This document shows, piece after piece, positions 48,051-62,775 of a DNA stretch of 64,000 bases. Origin of the DNA: Lama glama (taxonomy: Eukaryota); NCBI GenBank assembly GCA_028534125.1, contig CM052817.1, forward strand, positions 7,194,001-7,258,000, given 5' to 3'. Position numbers and translations under genes: made by a program. The notes below the pieces were generated by a model, which worked only from the letters and a program-made list of their open reading frames with translations, did no database searches and was not told the origin of the DNA. The first letter of the stretch is position 1. Every line of letters begins with the position of its first letter.

Positions 48051-50305
48051 AATGTTTCTGAGTATTCTGGTCCCTTGCATTTTCACTTGAACAAAACAAA
48101 AAAAACAAAAACAAACCTAGGATTTTAATAGGCATTTTGTTGAATTTGGAGATATACTTGGTAAGTATTATCATCTTAACAATACTGAGACTCCAAGAGC
48201 AGGAGCTGTCTCTCCATTTATTTAGGTCTTCAATTTCTCTCAAAGATTTGCATGGTTTTCACTGCCCAAATCTTATCTTACCAAATGTATTTCTAAATAT
48301 TTTATTAAATTGATGCTGTTTTAATAACATTGAAATTCATTCTCAGATTGCTCTTTGCTAGTGTAGAGAAATGCAGTTGATTTTTATGTGTTGACCTTGA
48401 ATCCTGAAAACTTACTGAACTTGTTGATAAGCTCTAGTGGATTTTTCAGTGTATTCTTAAGGATTTTCTATTTATAAGTTCATGCTATCTTCAAATAGAG
48501 ATAGTTTTACTTCTTCTCATGCAGTTAGGATTTCTTTAATTCCTTTTTTCTTGTATAAGTGCCAAAGCTAGATTTTCCAATGCAGTGTTGAGTAGAAGTG
48601 GTGAGAATAGACATCCTTGTTTTGCTCATGATCTTAAAGAGAAGACCTTGGCAGTCGTCCACCCTTGAGTATGACGTTTACTGTGGGTTTTTTGTAAGCA
48701 AACTTCATTAGGTTTAAATAATCTGCTACTCCTAGTTTAAGTGTTTTCATCATAAAATGATGTTGGATGTTATCAAAGGTTTTCTTTGGTGTATGTGTGT
48801 GTCAATAGGATCATCATGTGTTTTTTCCCCATTATTTAATTGTATTAATATGATACACTGCATTATTATTTTTGTGTGTTGACCCTACCTATATTTCTGG
48901 GATAAGTCCACTTGGTCCCAACTTGACCTAGTATAGTCATTTTCATATGTTTCTGTTCTTGATTAGCCCGTATTTTGTTCAGGATTTTTTGCACTTATGT
49001 TCATAGGGTAATTTGGTCTGTAGTGAGTTCTTCTCATGATGTGTTTGGTTTTGGCATGAAGGGAAAACTGGCCTCAAAATATCTAGGGACGTGTTTGCTT
49101 CCATTTCACATTTGGAAGAGTTTGTGAAGTATTGGTATTAATTTTTTTAATATTTGATGAATATTTTCATTTGCCAACAAAGTCATGTGATCCTAGGTTC
49201 TTTGTGCAAGTGTTTTTGATTACAGATTCAATCTCTTTACGGTTATAAGTTCATTAATATTTCTTATTTATTTTTGAGTCAGTTTTGCTAGTTCGTATCT
49301 TTCTAGGAATTTGTCATTTACAGAAAATGTATCAAATTTGATGACATTTAATTGCTTATAGCATTCTGTTACAATTATTTTTGTTGTTAAGATTAAATGT
49401 AATATATCTTTTTCATCCTGATTTTGGTTATTTTAGCCTTCTATCTTTTTTTTTTTATTCTCTTGGTCTTTCTAGCTAAAACTGTGCCAATTATGTTGAT
49501 ATTTCAAAAAGCCAACTTTTAATTTTGTTGATTTTTCTATATTGTTTTTCTATTTCTTGTCTCATGCATTTCCACTCACATATTTATTTTTATTCTTTTT
49601 CTGTTTGATTTAAATTTACTTTGCCTTTCTTTTTTCAGTCCCTTAAGCAGGGTGTAAATTTAGTTATTAAATTTGTGATCTTTTTTTTTTTTAACGTAAG
49701 CATTTGCATTCGTAAATTTTCCTCTAGGAAATGATTTAGCTGCATCCCATACATTTTAGAACATCGTGCTTTTATTTTCATTCATTTTGAAGTATTTTCT
49801 ACTTTTATTGTGACTTTGTCTTCCACCTATTTATTTAGAAACTGTGACTTAATTTTCACATATTTGTGAATTTCCCACCTTGTCTTCTGTTGATTTCCAA
49901 GTTCTTTCTATTACTATTGAAGAAGGTACTTTGCCTTATATAAATATTTTAAGTCTATTGATGATTTTTGTAACTTTATTTATAGTTTATCTTGAAAAAT
50001 AGTCCCTGTGCACTTGAGAAGAATTTGTCTTCTACTTTTGTTAATTTTACTATTTGACAGATGTCTTCTGGGAATATTTCATTTATATTGTTTAAATCTT
50101 CTATTTCTTTATTGAGCTTGTGCTTAATTGTTCTATTCATAATTTAAAGTTTGATGTTGGGATATTTAACTGTCACTGTTGACTTGTCTATTTCTCCCAT
50201 TAATTTTATTAGTTTTATTCACTTACGTTCAGCTCTGTTGTTAGGTACACATATGTTAATTGTTATATTTTTCTGTTTATTTGACCATTTCATGGTTATA
50301 AAGTG

Positions 50306-53300
50306 TAGTTGGCCCTTGAACAATGCAGAGGTTAGGGGCACTGACTACCAGCACAGTCAAAAATACATGTATAACTTTTGACTCCCCTCAAACTTAAGCA
50401 CTAGTAGTCTTCCGTTGATTGGAATACATTAATAGTTAATATTTTGTATACGTGTTACATATTGTATTTTTATAAAAAGAAGTAAGCTAGAGAAAATAAA
50501 TTGTCATTAACAAAATTGTAAGGAAGAGAAAATGCATTTATAGTCCTGCGATATATTGATCAATACCATAAGTTTATGTCATATGTTTATGAGATGAATT
50601 GTCTTTCTCTCAGTACCTACTCAATATTACCTTATAGGATGCCAAACACTGTAGATGTTATATGTATTACTAACACTAGAAATCAGAAATACAAAGATAA
50701 TGTAAAAATAAATTAATGTTTTTATAGGCATTATGATTTATGCATTGATAATGAAGAAATATGATTGCTTCATGATATTTTGGCTTTACACTTATGAATA
50801 AGTCATCATAAAATTTTTATGGTATGCAGTATTACAGTCACATTTATAATATAATATTTGAAACATTGTTACATTTTTAAAAACCCACTTACCTGTAATG
50901 TAGGCTGATATACAATCTCTCCAGTTATGAGAGAGACGCATACTGTACAGTAATGTAATCCTTTGAAAGTAAAGTTACCAAACAGTAAGAAAACTAACAC
51001 ATTGGCTTCATATTAAATATTACTCACCTTATGCCTATATGAGAATAGGCTATCCACTTCAGTACGAGTCTTGCACATGATGTCCTACACAATGAATACT
51101 TATGCAATGATTATTATGATGACACAAAAATTACTCATACTGTTTTGCAGTACAGTCATTAGATTTTTTCGTGAAAACACACACACACATACACAACAGA
51201 TAAGTTTATTTACTGCATAGCATAATGACTATTTACTATTCATTATATGGAAGTGGATCATTATAAAGCTCTTCATCCACATTGTCTTCACGTTGAGTAG
51301 ACAGGAAAAGAAGACGACGGTTTGGTCTTACTTCCCTAGGAGCAGCAGAGGTGGAGCCATTTGCCTTAGTTTCAGTGCCTGTATCATTGAAGAGTTTGTG
51401 TCATAAAAGATGTCGTATGTCATCTTGAATAATCAGAACCATAATGCCAGATTGTCTAATGTCAGTTTGCTTCCTGGCATTTCTTCTACATCTTCTTCCT
51501 CATCATCGCGCACTGGTCAGGAACACTCATCTCATAAAGCAGTCTTGGTGTTCCTCTCATGTGGTATCTGTTAGCTCTTGAATTTCTTCAAGATCCATGT
51601 CTTGAAACCTTTCACTCCCAACCTTCTTTGCTGTATTTACAATCTCTATCATGATTTTCTTGATTGGCTCTGTCATAAATTCTGTGAAGTTATGCACAAT
51701 ATCTGGACACAGTTTTCTCCAGCAGGAATTTGTTTCCAGCTTAATGGCTTTCATGACTTTTTCTATGACAACAGTGATATCTTCAGTAAAGTATTCCTTC
51801 CAGACTTCCTTGATAATTCTCTCCATTAGGGCTCTCTTCCATGGAGTTAATGATCCTTTCCATAGAATACTGTGTGTAACAAAACTTCAAGGTTCTTATA
51901 ACCCCTCTATCTGGAGGTTGATTGATACTGTGTTTGGCAGCCAGTAGACCATTTTAACACCTTCAGGGTTGAACATATGAGGTTCTGGGTGACCAGGGGC
52001 ATTGTCCAATATCAAAAGAACTTTAAAAGTCCCCTACTGGCAAGGTACTTTCTGACTTCAGGAGCAAAACATCAATGGATCTAAGGCAGAAAAAGTGTTC
52101 TCATTGCCCAGCCTTTCCTGTTGGACAAATAAAAGACTGGCACGTGATGTTTATCTTTTCCCTTTAAGGCTGAGAGTTAGCAGGTTTATAGATAAGGGAA
52201 GTCCTGATCAGAAACCCAGCTTCATCTGTGCGGGGCAGCAGAGTTAGCCTGTCCTTGCCTGCCTTAAATCCCGGAGCTCACAAATGTCCTCCATGGCATT
52301 TTTTTTTCCCCAGAATAGTGCGATTTCGTCATCATTAAAAACTTGTTTAGGAAGATAGCCTTTCCCCTAAATGATTTTCTTATTTTTTCCTGTTTTTCAA
52401 AAATTTTTATTGAAGTATAGTTGGTTTAAGATGCTGTGTTAATTCTGGAGTACAGCAGCGTTTCACTTTTCACTGATTTTCTTAACGGCATCTGGGAGCT
52501 CGGCTGCGGCCTCTTGGGCGGCAAGAAGCTGTTTCTCCTGTTATTGGGACATTTCTTAAGCCAAACCTCCTTCCAAAACTATCACACCATCCTTTTCTGG
52601 CATTCAGTTCCCTGACTTTGGATCCTATACTTTCCTTTTTCCTTAAGTTTTTACAGAATGACTTTGCTTTTTCTCAAATCACATTAAAGTCAACCAGTTT
52701 TCCTTTCTTACAGCAATCCTGCCCCCACATAAAAGCTGCGTTTTCAGTAAGAGATGAAAAGGTATTTCACAAAAAGTGCAAGGTTTTCGCACCTGCTGCT
52801 GTAGCTGCAATGACAGCTTCACAAGTTTTCCTTTCCTTTTTTTTTTTTTTTTTACAATGGTCTTTTACGCTGGATTCATTTATCTTCAAATGACAGGCAA
52901 CAGCAGCTGCAGACCTCAATCTGCAGTACATATCAAGCAATTCAATTGTTTTCTTGTAATGTTATGACTTTTCTCTGCTTCTTGGGAGCACTTCCAACAT
53001 CACTAGGGGCGCTTTATGTGGGCCCATGGTGTTATTCGAAGTTTACCACATATTGCCCTAAACACAAAAAATATTCAAAAACCACAAGAGATCACTTTTT
53101 TCCTGTGATGCACAATTTACTGGGGAGACAAACTGGTGATGGGGGTGATTAGCATCACACTGCATTTTAAGCAGATACTTGCAACACCTAGCTCACCACA
53201 ATAGCAACAGGAGGTGGCAATGAAATTATTATGGTAGTATCACATATACTATGCTTAATTTTATGCAGTTATAATTTAATACTGCATCTTTGTATTTGTT

Positions 53301-53605
53301 TACATTTCTCTCAACTGCAAATGGTACCAAGTATGGTTTGAGTGTGTACATTTTGATAAAATTTAATTTTTTACAATAGATTTGTGTATGTTTTATGGTA
53401 GTAAATCATAAATTAGACTATTCTCTAAACATACTTTATGCATTTATGACCTGCTTAACTTTGTCTAATTTTGTAAATACTTCTAGGCTACATGGTTCAT
53501 CTGTGAGTTTTTTCAAACATAAAAAAATCTCCAAAAATATTTCCAATGTATTTATTGAAAAAAAAATTGCATATAAGTGGACTTACACTGTTCAAAGGTC
53601 AACCG
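50306..53605 (-). mobile_element. Tigger2/Tigger2f-like TcMar DNA transposon (~3.3 kb) with decayed transposase
   Basis: TIRs tagttggcccttgaaca / tgttcaaaggtcaaccg followed by TA. Minus-strand peptide ...NSCWRKLCPDIVHNFTEFMTEPIKKIM...FQDMDLEEIQEL (51557-51826) is Tigger transposase-like. Confidence 0.92.
52383..52473 (-). mobile_element. Short L1 3' end inside the Tigger, with an 11-bp TSD
   Basis: ttttattgaagtatagttggttta...tggagtacagc, flanked by tgattttctta (52372-52382, 52474-52484). Confidence 0.85.
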
Positions 53606-54520
53606 TATCATTCCCCATTTTTAGTAATACTTTTTTTTCCTTAAGTATATTTTATCTGATGTTAGCATAGTCACTTCATTTTGTTTGCTTGATTTATCTT
53701 TTTCTACCTTTTTCTTTCAATCTATTTGTATCATGGAATGTAAAGTATAGCCCTTGAAGATAGCATAGTCATAAATATATATATATATAAAATATATAAA
53801 TATATATATTTAATTCTTATGATTTCTACCTTTTAATTGGGGAATTGGAGTATTTAATTTCTTTTCATTTAATATAATACTTACATGTTAGGTTGTATGA
53901 CATTTCTCTATTTGCTTCCTATGTGTTAAGTGATTTTTGTTTCTTTACTCTTGTTTATTTCACCATTACCCTGTTCTCTTTATGTGAAATAAATATATTT
54001 ATTTATTGGTTGCCCTGGGGATTACAATTTATTATCTTACTTTGTAAAACTCTATTTTGAATTAATACAAACTTAACTACAATAATATATAAAATATATC
54101 CCCGTCTATCTCTCTATGTCTAGCCTTCCTTTTTTATACTATTATTGTCATACAGATTATGTCTTTTTGCACTGTGTGCCCATCAACACAGATTTATAAC
54201 TCTTGCTTTATGTAGATGTATTTATATTCAGATAGGGAAAAAGAAGAGATGTGGAAAAACATTTATATTAGTGTCCATATGTATATAACATACACATGTA
54301 TGTAATGTATAAAACATTAATGGAGTTTTTTATTTCTTCCCATGGGCTAAGCTACTCTCTAGCATTATTTTATTTCAGCCGACAGGACTCACTTTAGTAT
54401 TTTGTGTAGGGAAGTAGTCTACTAGCAAGAAATTCTTTCAGTTTTTGTTTATCTGGAATATCTTGATTTCCTTCTAATTTTTAAAGGATAGTTTTGTTAC
54501 ACTGGGAATTTTTGGTTGAC

Positions 54521-54683
54521 CCTTCCTTCCTTTCCTTCCTTTCCTTCCTTCCTTCCTTTCCTTCCTTTCCTTCCTTTCCTTCCTTTCCTTCCTTTCTTCC
54601 TTTCCTTCCTTTCCTTCCTTCCTTCCTTTCCTTACCTTCCTTCCTTCCTTTCTTCTTTCCTTCCTTCCTTCCTTCCTTCCTTC

Positions 54684-54765
<82 letters not shown>

Positions 54766-54841
54766 CTTTCTTTCTTTTTCTTTCCTTCTTTCCTTCCTTC
54801 ATTCCTTCCTTCCTTCCTTCTTTCCTTCTTTCTTTTCTTTC
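54521..54841. repeat. Compound (TTCC)n/(TTCCT)n/(TTTC)n polypyrimidine microsatellite
   Basis: Direct reading; ~320 bp of almost pure C/T. Confidence 0.97.
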
Positions 54842-57800
54842 TAGCAGTTTGAATATGTCATCTCTACCTTCTGGCCCCATGTCTTATGCTATAAAGTCAG
54901 TCTTAACCTTACTGAGGATTCCTTGTACATGATAAGCCTCTTCTCTTCTCTATCATTTGCCTGTGTTTTTTGGCTGATTATATGTGCCCAGGTGTAAATC
55001 TCTTTGAGTTTATCCAACTTTGGATTTGTTATACTTCATGGATGTGTAAACTAATGCTTTTCTTCATATTAGGATTTTGTTTTTTGACCAGTATTTTTTT
55101 CAAGTATTCTTACTGCTCCTTTTATTATCTACTTTTTCTTTCTTTCTTTTTTTTTTTTCTGGGACTCCCATTATGGTGAGAGTTCTTATGCAAATGTATA
55201 TTGGTATTCTTGACTATATCCCACAGGTTTCTGAGGTTCTGTTCATTTTTTCTTTATTTTTTTCTGTTGCTCAGACTAGATAATGTCAATTAGCCTTTCT
55301 TCAGACATCCTTATTCTTCTCCTACTTGCTCAAATGTTGAACCTCTCCAGTGATTTTCTTTCTTTTCAGTTTACGCACTTTTCAGTTGCAGAATTTCTAT
55401 GAGGTTCTTTAAAAATATATATATCACTTTCTTGATTTTTTTCATTTGGTAAGACATTGTTTTTATACTTTTCTTTAGTTCTTCAGACAGTTTTCCTTAG
55501 GTATTTAGCTATATTTAAAATATCTGAAAGTCTTTCTAGTAAGTCCAATATTAGAGCTTTCCCAAACATAGTTTCTATCAAGTGTATTCCCCCTACATAT
55601 AGGCCACACAGTCTTGTCTCTTTGTATATCACATAGTTTTTTGTTGAAAACTGGGCATTTTAAATAACATAATGTGGCAATACTGGAAATCAGATGTTCC
55701 ACTCTTTCTAGGATATGTTGTTGTTGCTGTTTATAGTTGTTTTTAGTTTGTTTAGTAACTTTTCTGAAATATTTATATAAAGTATTCATTCTTTGTTGTT
55801 TGTGGGCACTGAAGTACCTTCCCATTTAGCTTAATGGTCACCTTATGAGATGAGAGATTTTCTCAAATGCCTGGAACCAATACATTTCTTGATATGTCAC
55901 AAAGGGTCCAGTGTGCATATTAGGGCATGCGTTTAATACGAAGTCATACATTTAATGATTCCACCTTAGCTTTAACTTTCTTTTTGCACAGCCTCAAAAA
56001 GAAACAAAGTTGAGAACTGATGGTTTTCTTTGTTTTTTTATGAGCATGTATACAGCCCCATACTCATATTCCTATACATGTAGGTGCCTTTTTGGATTCT
56101 TTGGAATGTAACAGTTTTTCAAAGCCCTGTATAAACTCCCCATTTCCAAGATTTTTCCCCTTAAGTTTCTTTATTAGCTTATCAGTTCCAGTTGTTATCC
56201 ATTGTCTCAGGCAGCTATGATGTTCAACAATTGCCCCTGATTATTTTAGACAAACACCACTTTGCAAAAATGTTGTTCTCACTGAGTAAACGCTCAGTAA
56301 TGTCAAATAAAGGCAGTATTGCAAATGAGGTCCTCCAGGAAACTACCAGGTCTGTCTAACAATGTCAATTCTATGGTAATGGGGCTTTGAAGGCGTTCCA
56401 ACCAATTGTTCCCACTTCTTTGGCTTCACATTGGTGGTGTTCGTAGTGATAATGGTCTCTCGATTTTCAAGGCTATCCTGGAGCTAGAAAGAAAGAAGAG
56501 GAGAAGGGAAACTAAGGTAACACGAGCTCACTGTTTCCACTGAGATTTAGCTGTTTGTCTCAAATGCAGAATTCCTGAATTACTGCAAGCATTTGATTAA
56601 TTTCCAGTGTCCTGAAAAGCTGATTCTTACAACTTTATGCCAGTATTCTCACTCATTTTTATGGATCAGACAATTTTTGGAGGTCCTTACACCACCATTT
56701 TTAGTAAACTTCTGTTCCACATAATTTTACCTCATACTTTTATATGCATAAATTTCTAATGAACTTCTTAAAAAATGTAAATTAAATACATATAACATAT
56801 ATATTTATCATGAAAAGGCAATTATTTCCATAACTTTGAAGATTTCTATATATGATGGCAAGACATTTGGCATACAAATTTAGAAATATCTGACAGCTAT
56901 TTTATTTTAAAAACTTCTTAATCTATCAAAGCTAATTTAGCTCAACAGAAAGTAATGTAAACACAAAAAAATAGTAATGACAGAACACGTTAATCTTTCA
57001 ATGGTTGCTTTTGCCAATTCATCTGTTCGTTTATTCATCCCACCTGCATTAGCTATGCTTGGCATTGGGAACATAATCCCAAAATGATGCTGACCCACGT
57101 GTATCTTATATTCTGTTGAAGACAACATGTGCATAAAGGTGTAATTGAGTGTTTTACTACAAATAAATAGGCATATGCACAAATTGCTGTGAAAATGAAG
57201 GGAGTTTGACTAAATCTATCTCTTTTGGAAAAGATGTTCCCTTGTTGATAATGGCATTTTAGGTGAAAACGTGAAGATTCAATAGGACTCTGCCAGGAGA
57301 ATCTATGAGCTTAGGAGGGGTCATCATCAAATACTTTACCATGAGCTAAGAAGAATTATTTAAATTATATTTTTGACAAATATTAGTTAATTCAGTCAAA
57401 TCAAAGATCTGGCTTAAAGGTAATGAAAGACACAGAAATAGGGAGCTTACAAAGACTATGTATGTATATTACCCATTTTTCTTTGCCCCCTCTTTCTCTT
57501 GGCAATAGCACTTTCAAACATTACACGTTTCACATTATAGAACTAACAAACTCTTGCTTTATTGTGTATTATATATGTGTACATCTGTGTTCTCTATTAT
57601 ATTGTAACTCCAATCTCTATATCCCTACAAGATGAGCACTGTGCCACTCATGTAGCTTGTGCCCACCGAGCATTTGATGATAGAAAAGAAAACCATGGGG
57701 CAACTCTATAAAATCCCAGAGAAGATTCTGGAGTGCACTATAAAATTATTGCGCTTGGAATGGGTTTCTCATGCAACCCTCTCAGCAATCTGAATTCTAA

Positions 57801-60800
57801 TCACAGTCAAGAATGTTCTGAAAATGATCCTCAGCAAAATTATCTTCAGGAGTGGAGGCCAATCAGAGTAGCATCCATCCTTGAAATAAGTCATTTATAC
57901 AGTTTTTTGGTCTAATCTTTCTTCACAATTTCCCATGTGCATATTCCAGACATCTTAAATTGAAATCCTGAATGAAAAATTAGTTTGACCTGAAAATGTA
58001 TCCATCATTTCTTTTTATCTAAATATTTCCACATTCCTTCAAGCAATGTTGTTTTATTTAATGAATCATTGGTCATTTGTACTCAATAGCAAAATTTTGA
58101 CAGTTAAATGAAAAATTTGATGTGTCATAATTATTCATAATGGAAGTCACAATCTAGTTACCCAATAAATATTTGGTTTTACAGATATAAAACTAAAATG
58201 ATTAATTTTAAAACTCATAAGTTAGAGACTGTATATAAGAATTGGGTCTACTATCTCTCTTTAAAAGTTCAGGATACCTGTGAAGTGGCAGCAATCTCCT
58301 GGAGTCAACATTCATTTTCTCCCTTCTTCCATGTCACAGTGTTCAGTGCTCTCTTTTGTATTTCTAACCTTCAGCACTACGTCACTTGTAATTCATCATC
58401 ATGCTATCTCTGCTTTTATAGAAGATTTAAGAGGAAAGTAACATTTTTTTAACCTATATCCTTAACTAAAGAGAGAAAATTAAAGATAGAAGAAGAAAAC
58501 CTCATGTTTTAAGGAAAATGTGGAAAAACGTATTTCTCCTTTGGAAATGAAATTAATTCCTACATACTTAATATGCAAACAAAATGTCTGTTTGTCAATG
58601 CATACAAATAGAAGTGTCACTTACTAAGCAAAACATATTAAGTACTATGACTGATACATGCAATGGTTGCATCAAAAACAACTAAATAAATTAGAAAGAC
58701 TAAAATTTTAGCTGATCTTATTTTTGAATGACAATAAGGCAACCAAGGCTGCTGTGAAATGTGTTAAGTGAAAAGAATGACTTGAGTTTTAAAATTATTT
58801 GCCAAAGTTTCTTCAGAGTACAGCAGAAATTAAATATCCTAAACTGAAACAAGCATCTGTAAACATAAAAATGTATTCAGAAATGCATTTTTTCAGCATG
58901 TTGAAGAAACAGGGAAATATCCACAGAACACTAGCTATTTTTTTACTGAGGAGAATTTATATATGACCAAGAGACTCATATATGGTGCCCATATAAGCAC
59001 ATGTCTTAAAATGGCTACTTCTTGGGTGCTGTGCTGAAAACTGGAAGACACACAAGTCTGAATTGGTTTGGAATCTGATGGTTGATGATATCTTTGTACT
59101 AAACAAACAGATCAAGTTTGAGAATTTTGAAAAAACCCCAAATTTAAATTCACCCATTGCATAGATTACCAATAATCCCCTGGGCTGAAGATTTCATATG
59201 GTCCCTTCCAGCCACACAATGAATACTGTGAAATAGAAATGTTCCCATAGCTTTAGCCATAGATAGTTAAAGCTTTGCTTGATGAATTAGATATACATTT
59301 TATCTGTCATACACCTAAGGTATTTACTTGGTCATATCAAGCTAAGAAAAATCCTACCTTTAACTCATCAATAAAAATCGAATCAACCGTTAGGGATTTT
59401 TTTGTTTGACATTGTAACCATACAAACTTTTTGAATATTTATTTTCAAGGAAACAGAAATAAATAAGAGCATTTTTTATTATTTTTCTGGTGAAAGTGAG
59501 TTCTTCAGAAGTTCACCAGAGAAAGGGTAACCTGGAACACTTTCTTGTGCTTAAATCATTTCCAAAAGTCAAAGTCGTAGCTTGAGTATATACTTAACAT
59601 TGTGAAGTTGAACATTACTTTCCAAAATTGTTCTTCAAATTTCAATGTTATGAAAATAAACTAATATTTCTGTTTGTCTTTGCCAGGTAATGTTGATCAA
59701 AGAATGAGGAGTTCCAAAATAAATTATTTAACTGCAATGTAAGATGGTAAAAAATAATAAATGTGACCATATGAGGTACCATAAACCTTAACTATGCCTG
59801 AAATTGTTACCCTATGTATTAAAGAAACCATTGATCAAATATCACTTTACATTGTCTCCATATATAGAAACACTTATATTATATGTGAACAGCATTTTTC
59901 CATTACACAAACAGATACATGTCATTCCCAGTTAAATAATTCAGTGCTGAATTTGTACTGAACATCCCAATAAATAAATACAGGAGCTGACATTTACATC
60001 TTCATGAAAAAGAAAATATGTCACACTCTTAGTTCCAAATCAAAGGAGGAATAAACTATGAAAGAAAAAAATACGAAATATATATATATATCAATTTTTC
60101 AACTATTTTTTCCAGTATTGAATTTTAAAAATAATCTAAAATGCTATACTCGTTTATATTATATTAAATACCTAAACCATGATTAGGTAAAGTAAGGAGA
60201 GTTCAGTTTTATTTCTGAGACAATTTTACTGATCCCTGACCAGTTGTTACATACACAATCCTTTTTGTCACCAAATTTGAGAACCATGATTTTTACATGT
60301 AATCTAAATGCTTTCAAACAATTACCAGAACAGTAAACCTACAATGAAGACTTACTAAATAAGTTCATAGAAAAACAAACTCTAGAAGATTTTGAAGATT
60401 TTTAAAAAGAAGAACTTGTGATAAGATCGGGGTGCCTTCAGAAGGGACTCAATGACAGAAATCCTAAGAAGACACTGAAATTAGTCATTTGCTCAAGTAC
60501 AAGATCAATTCCCCATTTTTAACATATTTTCAGGTACTTATTAACAGAATAATGATAAAAGTGTTAACCCTTGGGGTTACAATCATAATTAATCTCCCTA
60601 AGATTATTTAATTAAAATTAAGATGAATTAAATAAAGTCAATTAAATTAAACTAAATCAATATAGAGAATTCCGAAATAACTAGGATGTCACTAAGGCAT
60701 GAATGGTGAAGAGCTAAGTGTCAGAGCAGTGGAAGGGACCTGATGGGAGGCTCACAGGCTCCTGGGAAGAAAGGGGCACCCACAGGGTTGCCCATGACTG

Positions 60801-61987
60801 AAAAGTGATGTACGAATGAAACAAAGAAGACTGAAGACTTCATCACCTCTACTTTCCATTTTCTGAAAGAAACGACTTGTTCCCACCCACATGCTGAGGC
60901 AGGAGGTATTCCAGGGTAAAGGCCAACAATTTCAGACACTGTTGTTGAGAGTAAGTGGGATGGTATAAGCCTGGCAAATGACAGAGACCAGCGACAGCAT
61001 CCCTGCCTTCTAAAATGCTTCCTATGCCAGAATCAGCATCCTCTTTGCCTTCAGCCCAAAATGAAAACTCTTGAGTTGTTATAAAACAAGTGTATTAATA
61101 TTAAGTATTATCTCAGTAATCAAGTAATATTTGATATTGAATTATACTGCTTTAATGATAATAAAGTGACTGGGAATAATTACATGGGCAATTATCTGTT
61201 AACATTTCAATTACAGCATTATGAGGTTTGCTTAATTGTCTTCACTGGGGGTACCAAAATTCAAACTTGCACATGGAAGCTCGCATTTAAAGTGAATCTA
61301 CTACTGGCCATTTATCCTCAAGTCAGTGAGTACCAGTGAGAAGACTAAACATGTGGTGCCTCACGGCAACAGCCCATTTTAAAGTAAACTGGACTTTAGA
61401 ATCACCTTTATTATAGACACATGGAAGGACGCAGATAAGGCCTCTTGAGCATCTTCAGTGGGAACTGCCAGAGCTCCTGCATGTATAGAACTGAAAAGAA
61501 ATGAGCCACGTGGGCATTTGAGCATCTCTATTTTTTTAAATTGTTTTGACTTTTACAGTACAATTTTGGTAAACATGATGGAAACTGCCTTCTGAAAACC
61601 ACCTATTTTTCCCCTTAACCCACTGCTTAAGGCTACCTTCGAGAAAACCTACCCCTTAGCTCTCTCACACCACGTGGAGAGGTTGTGAAGTTGTGGGTCA
61701 TTCTCAAAACACTATTGGAACTAGAAGGTCACTGGTATACCCAGAACTTAGCAAATGACGCTAACCTTTCAATCCGTACAGAATCGCTCTTAGATGGGTG
61801 ATCTGGATCTCTTGTCTCTTGTCTCTAGTACTGTCTTCCCCTAATATTCTTCACTCCTTGTATCTGCTCTATTGTGGTGAGACAGATTCTCCCCTGTAGT
61901 TTCTACACTTTAATGGCAAAGACTCTAGATCCTACCATGTCTTCAGTAGAACATCAACAAGAATCTTTGTTTATGTTAATACTATTT

Positions 61988-62070
61988 TAATATATATGCA
62001 TATATTCTTTATATATATTTGTATTTTATTATATATATATGTATATATGTATGTATATATATATATATAT
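61988..62070. repeat. (TA)n-rich repeat
   Basis: Direct reading. Confidence 0.85.
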
Positions 62071-62569
62071 TTCTTCCAGTGTCTGCCCCATAATTCTCTT
62101 CTACCAAAACAAGACCTCTGGAGATACAGAGATTAGTAAAAGGTAAAGTGATGCTGCATTTGCCAAAAATCACACTCACACATTTTCTATATTCGACCAC
62201 AAACTTTCGTCTCCAAAATATTCAGACGATAAAATTTGTTTCATGATATTTATCGGGACCCTGTCAGCATTTAAATAACCTGATTCAGTATATGAGAGTA
62301 GGTTTTTCTGGGTTTATGCAAGGACAGATTTAAAATTATGAAAAGGAAATGTAGGAAGCAAGAAAGGTACTTTCCATTTATTGAACACTACTTTGTACCA
62401 GTTTCTAGATAGGAATTATAAAATTTCTTTAATTTAAATTAAAATTTTCTACTAAACATTAAGAGAAATGGAAGAATGATCTCCTATATTTGAGTAACAT
62501 ATGAGAAATCACACAACACGAAAGTGTGAAAAAGAGGAAGAAGGTCCAGAACCTGACAGCCAGGGAAAA

Positions 62570-62775
62570 GGCCAACTCCTGTACCTACAAGCTGTGGGAA
62601 CTTAAGTCAGATATTTAACTTCTCTGTGCATCAATTTTGTTCCAAAAATGAGAATAATAATATCTGAATCCTGAGTTTATTTTAAGAAACAAATATGAGC
62701 CAATATATGTAAAGGATTTCAACCAATGGCTGGCCCATTGTAGACTTTTTACATAGGTGTTCATTAAATAAATTA
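62570..62775 (+). mobile_element. MIR
   Basis: atttaacttctctgtgcatcaattttgttccaaaaatgagaataata. Confidence 0.7.

Larger units (their letters stand above)
46487..56702 (-). mobile_element. Near full-length old L1 (L1MB/L1M4-like), split by Tigger and younger inserts
   Basis: 3'UTR at ~46.5 kb (aagtgtacaattca, tctggacatttcat); T-rich antisense ORF2 and ORF1; L1M4-like 5' end (gaggtccttacaccaccatttt) at ~56.7 kb. Confidence 0.85.

Noticed and set aside
51557..51826. Transposase ORF as a domesticated TIGD gene
   Set aside because: Short fragment of a transposase broken by stops, frameshifts and an L1 insert.
54494..54932. F/L/S/P-rich and K/E/R-rich ORFs
   Set aside because: Translations of the microsatellite.
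58490..59600. Possible ancient DNA-transposon remnant
   Set aside because: No TIRs or recognisable peptide; cannot be supported by eye.
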